NCBI GenBank assembly: GCA_965214055.1
Contig: OZ243931.1
Span: 2,607,380-2,671,379 of the forward strand
Source of the DNA: Candidatus Poriferihabitaceae bacterium
Lineage (GTDB): Bacteria; Pseudomonadota; Gammaproteobacteria; Arenicellales; Poriferihabitantaceae
Direction: 5' to 3'
DNA length: 64,000 bases
The notes under the pieces were generated by a model. It had not been told where the DNA came from. It made no database searches and saw only the letters and a list, made by a program, of their open reading frames with translations. Made by a program: the position numbers and the translations under genes. Below are positions 58,630 to 64,000 of the stretch, in pieces; the first letter of the stretch is position 1, and the number at the start of each line of letters is the position of its first letter.

Positions 58630-59903
58630 TGGTCGTCAAACCATTTCGAAGCGGGAGTTGAAAGACACTCAGAAATTGAAAGACCGCCCTCGCCTACAAC
58701 GACGGATTCTCGAACGTCGAAGCGTTCTGCAAATCGTTCAAGTCCGCTTGTCCTGATCTTGCGTGCGCCGCTTTTGACCTCGAAGACAACCAATCTTCGA
58801 CCGCGTGTCAAGACGAAATCCACTTCGGAGCCGTTCTCGCGCCAATAGTACAGGTGGTGTTCGGGCGTACCCGTATTGAAAAGATGCGCGCCCACCGCGC
58901 TTTCGACAAGACGCCCCCAATAGCTCCGGTCCGCCTTCGCTTCCTCAAACGTGTATTCCGAGGCAACCGCCATGAGCGCGGTGTTGAGAACGTTGAGTTT
59001 GGGGCTGGAGGACCTCCGTTGATGGGTCCCGGTGTAATATTTGAGGAGACCTGTAATCAGACCCGCTTTCGACAGGAGGTCCAGATACCGCGCCAGGGTC
59101 GTTGTATTTCCAGCGTCCTGAAGTTGGCCGAGCATCTTGTTGTATGAAAGGATCTGTCCAGAGTACTCGGTACCGAGCTGAAACAGCCGCTTCAGCAGTG
59201 CAGGCTTGTCCACTCGCTGCATAGCGAGAATGTCACGCTCGATATTGGGTTCAACCAACGCCTCGGCGATGTACGCACGCCATTTAGCCTGCTCCCAGAT
59301 GAGTGGGGCACTTCCCGGGTAGCCCCCGAAATAGACATAGTGCTGAAGATCGAAGCCGAATGCCGCCGACATTTCGGTGAACGACCAGTGCGTAAGACGG
59401 ACGGTCTCGAATCTGCCGGCAAGGCTTTCACTCATTCCCTGCTGCATCAGCAACGGGGCCGAACCCAGTAGAATGATATGAAGTGGGCGATCATACCGCC
59501 GGTCTGCATCCCAGAGCCCCTTGACCGTTTCTGACCAGTTCGGGATTTTCTGTATTTCGTCAATCGCCAGAACAAATCCCCGGTCAGAATTCTGGGCAAC
59601 CATCCGTGCCAGCTCCCAGTGCTGGATGAGCCAAGGTGTGTCTCTGGGGCCGGCGAGCGGGATTGTTGGTGGGTCCCCAAATTCAGGGGGGAGGTTCCTC
59701 AAGCCTAAATCCGAGGGCAGGGTGGCGCGTTCCGGCTCATCGGTCGATACATAACGAGATGGCCGGTCGATCTGTCCAAGCACCTGCAGAACCAGAGTGG
59801 TCTTGCCAGTTTGGCGCGGACCGGTCACGATTGTGAGGTGTCGGGGCTTCTCGTTCAGCTGGCTGAACAAGGTCGAAATCTGGGTTCGTTCATAAACTGT
59901 CAT
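58626..59903 (-). CDS. AAA ATPase with C-terminal DUF4143 (PD-(D/E)xK-like) domain
   Basis: 425 aa. Walker A 'GPRQTGKTTL', Walker B 'VLAIDEIQ', 'LGSAP...SESLAGR' and C-terminal 'GSEVDFVL...VVFEVKSG'. Confidence 0.85.
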   Translation of the reverse strand: MTVYERTQISTLFSQLNEKPRHLTIVTGPRQTGKTTLVLQVLGQIDRPSRYVSTDEPERATLPSDLGLRNLPPEFGDPPTIPLAGPRDTPWLIQHWELARMVAQNSDRGFVLAIDEIQKIPNWSETVKGLWDADRRYDRPLHIILLGSAPLLMQQGMSESLAGRFETVRLTHWSFTEMSAAFGFDLQHYVYFGGYPGSAPLIWEQAKWRAYIAEALVEPNIERDILAMQRVDKPALLKRLFQLGTEYSGQILSYNKMLGQLQDAGNTTTLARYLDLLSKAGLITGLLKYYTGTHQRRSSSPKLNVLNTALMAVASEYTFEEAKADRSYWGRLVESAVGAHLFNTGTPEHHLYYWRENGSEVDFVLTRGRRLVVFEVKSGARKIRTSGLERFAERFDVRESVVVGEGGLSISECLSTPASKWFDDQ

Positions 59904-59909
59904 GGCATA

Positions 59910-59915
59910 ATTATA
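59910..59915 (-). promoter_or_regulatory. Consensus -10 hexamer (TATAAT on minus strand) 6 nt upstream of the ATPase ATG
   Basis: Plus-strand ATTATA at 59910-59915. The last T is 7 nt from the A of the ATG (59903), which predicts a leaderless mRNA. No Shine-Dalgarno sequence is possible in the 6-nt gap. Confidence 0.45.
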
Positions 59916-59917
59916 CT

Positions 59918-59941
59918 GTATTGAGTAAATTTACTCAATAC
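59918..59941. promoter_or_regulatory. Perfect 24-bp palindrome (putative operator)
   Basis: GTATTGAGTAAA|TTTACTCAATAC, checked base by base. It is directly adjacent to the -10 hexamer and covers the spacer and -35 position. Confidence 0.6.
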
Positions 59942-60022
59942 AAGCGCAAAATCGATCAGATCGCAGTCTGAGTGCCTATGGCTACCGGGTGGCAAGCGCT
60001 ACGAAGCGGTGTTTGCGATGGA

Positions 60023-60109
60023 TCACCACCCGGGCCGGGTTGAGTGCGGCAGACCGGGAAAGAACGCCCCGAGGTGTCTTCGTATAGACTCGTCAGGCAG
60101 CCGTGTCAT
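60023..60109 (-). pseudogene. 28-codon stump resembling the N-terminus of a DUF5615 (PIN-like) toxin
   Basis: 'MTRLPDESIRRHLGAFFPGLPHSTRPGW*'. The start overlaps the end of the DUF433 gene by 17 nt. 'L.DE(S/N)(I/L)' is the usual DUF5615 opening. It is truncated after 28 aa. Confidence 0.3.
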
Positions 60110-60317
60110 CGCCGCCGGCGGCCTGCACCGCAGTCCCTCGTTCCAGCATCCCGATCGCCTGGGCCCGGGTCACGGTGGGGTAGTCTACCAGGAAGTCGTC
60201 GAGCCGGTCCCCCGCCTCCAGATGCTCCATCAGGATGCGCACCGGCACCCGGGTTCCCGCGAACACGGGGGTTCCCCCCAGGATGTCCGGGTTCCTGTCG
60301 ATCAGCTTATCGGTCAT
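60093..60317 (-). CDS. DUF433 domain protein (antitoxin-like)
   Basis: 74 aa. 'ILGGTPVFAGTRVPVRILMEHLEAGDRLDDFLVDYPTVTRAQA' follows the DUF433 pattern. Confidence 0.75.
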   Translation of the reverse strand: MTDKLIDRNPDILGGTPVFAGTRVPVRILMEHLEAGDRLDDFLVDYPTVTRAQAIGMLERGTAVQAAGGDDTAA

Positions 60318-60337
60318 CGTTAATCTCCGGACAACGG

Positions 60338-61486
60338 CTATCCGGTCCGCAATGTTTTGAGTTCATCCACCGTCGGGCAGCCAAGCTGTGCCAGGGTACC
60401 CCGGAGTTCTTCCCTGAAGATTTTCATGATGTGCCGGGCTCCCGGGTCCCCCAGTGCCGCCATGGCATAGTAGAACGGACGGCCCATCATGACAAGGTCG
60501 GCTCCGAGAAACAGCAGGCGGGCAATATCCAGGCCATTTCGGACCCCTCCATCCACAATGAGGGCAAAATCCTCCCCGGTGGCGGCCCGGATGTCCCGAA
60601 CCATGTTGCAGGGAGCGGGTGCGGCGGCAAGCTGCCGTCCCCCGTGGTTGGAAACGACGATCCCGTCCACCCCCAGGTCCCGGCACATGGCCGCTTCACG
60701 GGGGCTCAACACTCCCTTTACCAGCAATTTCCCATTCCATCGTTTTCGCAGTTGCCGGATGGCATCGGGGGTGATGTGCCCGGTCATGATATCCGAAAGA
60801 TAGTGGAGTGCCTCATTGCCCTTCAGCGCTTCCGGGATGTACGGGTCCAGGGTCTGGAATGACGGAAAACCCTTTCTGGCCATGGCGAATGTCCACTGTG
60901 GGTGCATGGCTGCCTGCCAGAGTTTTCGGAAGTCAAACCGGACCGGAACGGAAAACCCATTCAGGATGTCGTGGTCCCGTCGCACGGGTGCGGGGACATC
61001 AACGGTTACCAGCAGTACTTCGTACCCCGCGGCCTCCGCCCGATTGAGAAGGTCTTCTTCAATGGTGGAGAGATTCGGCCGGTACAGCTGAAACCAGGTG
61101 CAGGGGCCCGCACAGTCATACAGCGTCTCCAGGCTGGCCATGGCGAACGTGGAGGCCACGAATGGAATGCCCTGTTCCCGGGATGCCCGGGCGAGGCTTT
61201 CTGCAGAATTGGGCCAGGCCATACCGCCGAGGCCAACCGGGGCAACGCCAAAGGGTGCACTGAACGTTTGGCCCAGAAACTCTTTGTGCATGGTCACCTT
61301 ATCGGAGTTGATGAGGTAGCGGGGGACCAGTTTTATCTGGTCCAGCGCATGGCGGTTGCGTTTGACCGCCTCCCCGCGCCCCATTCCACAATACAGGTAC
61401 TCCCATACAAATGCAGGCAACCGCTTTTGTGCGGCCTGTTCCAGGTAAGCCGCCGAGGGGTATTTGCGCTCCAGAGCCGGTTGCAT
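60338..61486 (-). CDS. FMN-dependent alpha-hydroxy-acid dehydrogenase/oxidase (LldD/glycolate oxidase family)
   Basis: 382 aa. 'GIVVSNHGGRQL', 'IVDGGVRNGLDI' and 'GADLVMMGRPF' motifs. Confidence 0.85.
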   Translation of the reverse strand: MQPALERKYPSAAYLEQAAQKRLPAFVWEYLYCGMGRGEAVKRNRHALDQIKLVPRYLINSDKVTMHKEFLGQTFSAPFGVAPVGLGGMAWPNSAESLARASREQGIPFVASTFAMASLETLYDCAGPCTWFQLYRPNLSTIEEDLLNRAEAAGYEVLLVTVDVPAPVRRDHDILNGFSVPVRFDFRKLWQAAMHPQWTFAMARKGFPSFQTLDPYIPEALKGNEALHYLSDIMTGHITPDAIRQLRKRWNGKLLVKGVLSPREAAMCRDLGVDGIVVSNHGGRQLAAAPAPCNMVRDIRAATGEDFALIVDGGVRNGLDIARLLFLGADLVMMGRPFYYAMAALGDPGARHIMKIFREELRGTLAQLGCPTVDELKTLRTG

Positions 61487-61491
61487 ACCAC

Positions 61492-62868
61492 TCAGGAATC
61501 AGAGACAGGAGCCAAAACGCTGGATGATGAAACCGGGTCAATCCCGGTTTCACGGGTCCCCGGGACCCTTTCCCATTGGCCGGAAACATTCAGGAATTCG
61601 GTGCCCTGGTTCCGGTAAAAGGTGGATTCTCCGGAATCAATGAGAACCTGCAGCATGGCGGGCATGGCAAACGGAGTTTCCCTGGCGAGTGCAACCAGCC
61701 GGTGGGCCCCGATTTCATCCATGAGCTGGAAAGGGCCTTTTTCCCACCCGAAGCCCCAGCGCATCGCACGGTCCACATTGACGATATCCTCCGAGATTTC
61801 CGGAACACATGCAGCCGTATAACATAAAGTGGTTGCCATGAGGTTTCGGACCAGCCGCCCCGCGGGATCCGGGTTTTCAAACAGGTCCCGGAACGATTGT
61901 TCGTTTTCGTGCAGGGTCACGGAGGATTCGCTTCTCCACGTTTCCCCCGCGAAGTCAAACACCTCCATGGATTTGCGGCCATCTCCATGCCGGATCAGCT
62001 TGTAAAATCCGCCGCCGGTTTTCCGGCCAAGCTGGCCGCGGTCATACATCCCCTGTACCTTTTCGGGCAGGGCGGTGAACCGGAGGCTGTAATCGTTGTC
62101 CGGAAGATTCGCTTCCAGGTTGCGGTTCACGTTGTACATGACATCAATGCCAATCAGGTCGCACAGACCGTACAGGCCGGTGGGCGGGAGTCCCAGGGGG
62201 GTGCTCAGCACCGCATCCACCTGTTCCACAGTCAATCCATCCGTCAGGATGGACTTTTCCGCCAGGTGAAGCCCGGCGTTGATCCACAGACAACCAATCC
62301 GGTTGCCAATGAAATTCACCGTGTCCCTGGCATATACCACGCCCTTGCCGACGGTATTGCCCAGGAAATCCGCCAATGCCGGAATGACTTCAGGCCGGGT
62401 CTGGGTGCCCGGAACCAGTTCAACCAGTTTCATGACGTGAACGGGATTGAAAAAGTGGGTGACGGCCACATCCTGTTGCAGCCTTTCCGGCATGCCGGTA
62501 TAGAGGTCACGAAGCGGAATCCCCGAGGTGTTGGTGGAAAGAATGGATCCGTCGGACCGGTATCTTTCCGCTTTGCGGAATATCCGGCGCTTGATCGATA
62601 CCTCTTCGATGATGGCTTCACAAATCCACTGGCACTCCGCAATCCTCGGCATGTCGTCGGCAAAGGACCCCGTGGTGATGCGCTGCAACAGGGATTCATC
62701 TTCCAGTACGGGGGCCCGGCCTGCGAGGAGCCTGGGCAGCGCGTTGTCACAGGATTCCTTGTGCAGGTCCAGCAACAATACGTCGCACCCGGCACTTGCG
62801 CACATTCCCGCGATTCCCAGCCCCATGGTACCGGAGCCCAATACCGCTACACGTTTGATTGATCCCAT
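61492..62868 (-). CDS. 3-hydroxyacyl-CoA dehydrogenase family protein
   Basis: 458 aa. N-terminal Rossmann 'VAVLGSGTMGLGIAGMCASAGCDVLLLD', 'HFFNPVHVMKLVE' and C-terminal 3HCDH helical domains. Confidence 0.85.
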   Translation of the reverse strand: MGSIKRVAVLGSGTMGLGIAGMCASAGCDVLLLDLHKESCDNALPRLLAGRAPVLEDESLLQRITTGSFADDMPRIAECQWICEAIIEEVSIKRRIFRKAERYRSDGSILSTNTSGIPLRDLYTGMPERLQQDVAVTHFFNPVHVMKLVELVPGTQTRPEVIPALADFLGNTVGKGVVYARDTVNFIGNRIGCLWINAGLHLAEKSILTDGLTVEQVDAVLSTPLGLPPTGLYGLCDLIGIDVMYNVNRNLEANLPDNDYSLRFTALPEKVQGMYDRGQLGRKTGGGFYKLIRHGDGRKSMEVFDFAGETWRSESSVTLHENEQSFRDLFENPDPAGRLVRNLMATTLCYTAACVPEISEDIVNVDRAMRWGFGWEKGPFQLMDEIGAHRLVALARETPFAMPAMLQVLIDSGESTFYRNQGTEFLNVSGQWERVPGTRETGIDPVSSSSVLAPVSDS

Positions 62869-62940
62869 AAGATGAGTCCTCCCGGCTTGAAAGTGAAAAA
62901 TGGCGGGTCGGCGGTTCAGCGAATCGTGGCCGCAACCGGC

Positions 62941-64000
62941 CTATACTTCCCCATCCGCCACCATTTCGCGCAATATGAACTTCTGTATTTTTCCAGTGGA
63001 GGTCTTGGGCAGATCCAGAAAGACCACCTGGGACGGTCGCTTGAATCCCGCCATATTCGCCTTGCAAAATTCGATGATTTCTTCTTCGCAGGACTCTTCC
63101 CCGGCTTTCAGTTCAATAAAGGCACAGGGAGTTTCCCCCCATTTTTCATCGGGCTTGGCAACGACCGCCGCTGCCGCGACTTTCGGGAATTTGTACAACA
63201 CCGATTCCACTTCAATGGAGGAAATATTTTCACCGCCGGAGATAATGATATCCTTGAGCCGATCCTTGATTTCAATGTACCCGTCACGGTGTACCACCGC
63301 CAGATCACCGCTGTGAAACCAGCCATCCTCGAACGCACTGTCTGTCGCGGCCGGGTTCTTGTAGTAGCCTTTCATCACCGTATTGCCCTGAATCACGATT
63401 TCTCCGATGGTCTTTCCATCGGCAGGAACCGGTTCTCCGGAATGGACATCCACCACCCGTGACAGTTCTGTCATGGGAAAGCGGACCCCCTGCCGTGCCT
63501 TGATTTCCGCCTGTTCTTCGATGGTCAGATCAGACCACTCCCTGCGCCAGTCACAAAATACAACATGGCCGTATGTCTCAGTCAGGCCATAGACGTGGGT
63601 CACGTTCAGTCCGAGTTCAGCCGTGGCTTCCAGTACCTTGCTCGGTGGCGGCGCACCGGCGGTCATGACCTCAATCGTATAGTCCGGGGTGAACTGGATT
63701 TCCTTTGGCGCGTTGGCCAGCATGGCGAGGACAATGGGAGCTCCGCCGAAGTGTGTGATGCGGTAGTTCCTGATCGCCGAAAAAATATTTTCTGCGCTGA
63801 CGGCCCGGTTGCAATACAGGGTGCCGCCCATTAATGCCATGGTCCAGATGTGCCCCCAGCCATTGCAATGAAACATGGGCACAATGGTCAGATAACGCGC
63901 ATGCTTTGGAATCTGCCAGGCCGCAACGGTGCCCATGGACATCAGGTAAGCGCCCCGGTGGTGATACACCACCCCTTTGGGTTTTCCGCTGGTGCCGGAA
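62941..64000 (-). CDS. AMP-forming acyl-CoA synthetase (partial; 5' end beyond the window)
   Basis: 'SGTSGKPKGVV' lies at the window edge. Also 'YGLTETYG', 'WFHSGDLAVVHRDGYIEIKDRLKDIIISGGENISS' and 'PKTSTGKIQKF'. Confidence 0.9.
   Translation of the reverse strand, partial: SGTSGKPKGVVYHHRGAYLMSMGTVAAWQIPKHARYLTIVPMFHCNGWGHIWTMALMGGTLYCNRAVSAENIFSAIRNYRITHFGGAPIVLAMLANAPKEIQFTPDYTIEVMTAGAPPPSKVLEATAELGLNVTHVYGLTETYGHVVFCDWRREWSDLTIEEQAEIKARQGVRFPMTELSRVVDVHSGEPVPADGKTIGEIVIQGNTVMKGYYKNPAATDSAFEDGWFHSGDLAVVHRDGYIEIKDRLKDIIISGGENISSIEVESVLYKFPKVAAAAVVAKPDEKWGETPCAFIELKAGEESCEEEIIEFCKANMAGFKRPSQVVFLDLPKTSTGKIQKFILREMVADGEV

Overview
This is a 64-kb chromosomal segment from a moderately GC-rich proteobacterium; the taxon cannot be fixed from sequence alone. 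All calls come from reading the ORF translations and the DNA by eye. No database search or composition calculation was run, and most start codons are approximate.

Core genes:
- a recD2-like helicase and an RND efflux pair
- mutS, then divergent suhB and trmJ
- cbtBA, two GNAT genes and a trans-sulfuration PLP enzyme
- pyk and sucCD
- a formate module: a NuoE/F-fusion subunit, a Cys-type formate dehydrogenase alpha subunit, and fhs
- two Fe(II) oxygenases, a divergent hisA-like gene, an EamA exporter and an M24 hydrolase
- a hydroxy-acid oxidase, a 3-hydroxyacyl-CoA dehydrogenase and an acyl-CoA synthetase

Three accessory islands interrupt this backbone:
1. 8.2-16.9 kb holds a GNAT/DUF1778 TA pair and a decayed second antitoxin copy. 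It also holds a DUF4238 operon and a 1763-aa exonuclease-RecQ-UvrD triple-fusion helicase.
2. 21.2-34.5 kb holds a RelE/HTH TA pair, a solo DUF4143 ATPase and an IS1380 remnant. It also holds a GC-rich 9.9-kb segment bracketed by identical 50-bp direct repeats, which encodes a 2678-aa Calx-beta-type autotransporter behind a 16-nt poly-C tract.
3. 54.5-60.3 kb holds a translationally coupled operon: a DUF4143 AAA ATPase plus a 1368-aa protein with an N-terminal NACHT/STAND-like NTPase and a C-terminal PD-(D/E)xK nuclease motif. A perfect 24-bp palindrome and a leaderless-type promoter sit just upstream, and a decayed DUF433 TA locus borders it.

The ATPase/NACHT-nuclease operon is my best candidate for an undescribed (defence) system. 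The DUF4238 plus mega-helicase locus is second. I found no rRNA gene, convincing tRNA gene or CRISPR array.
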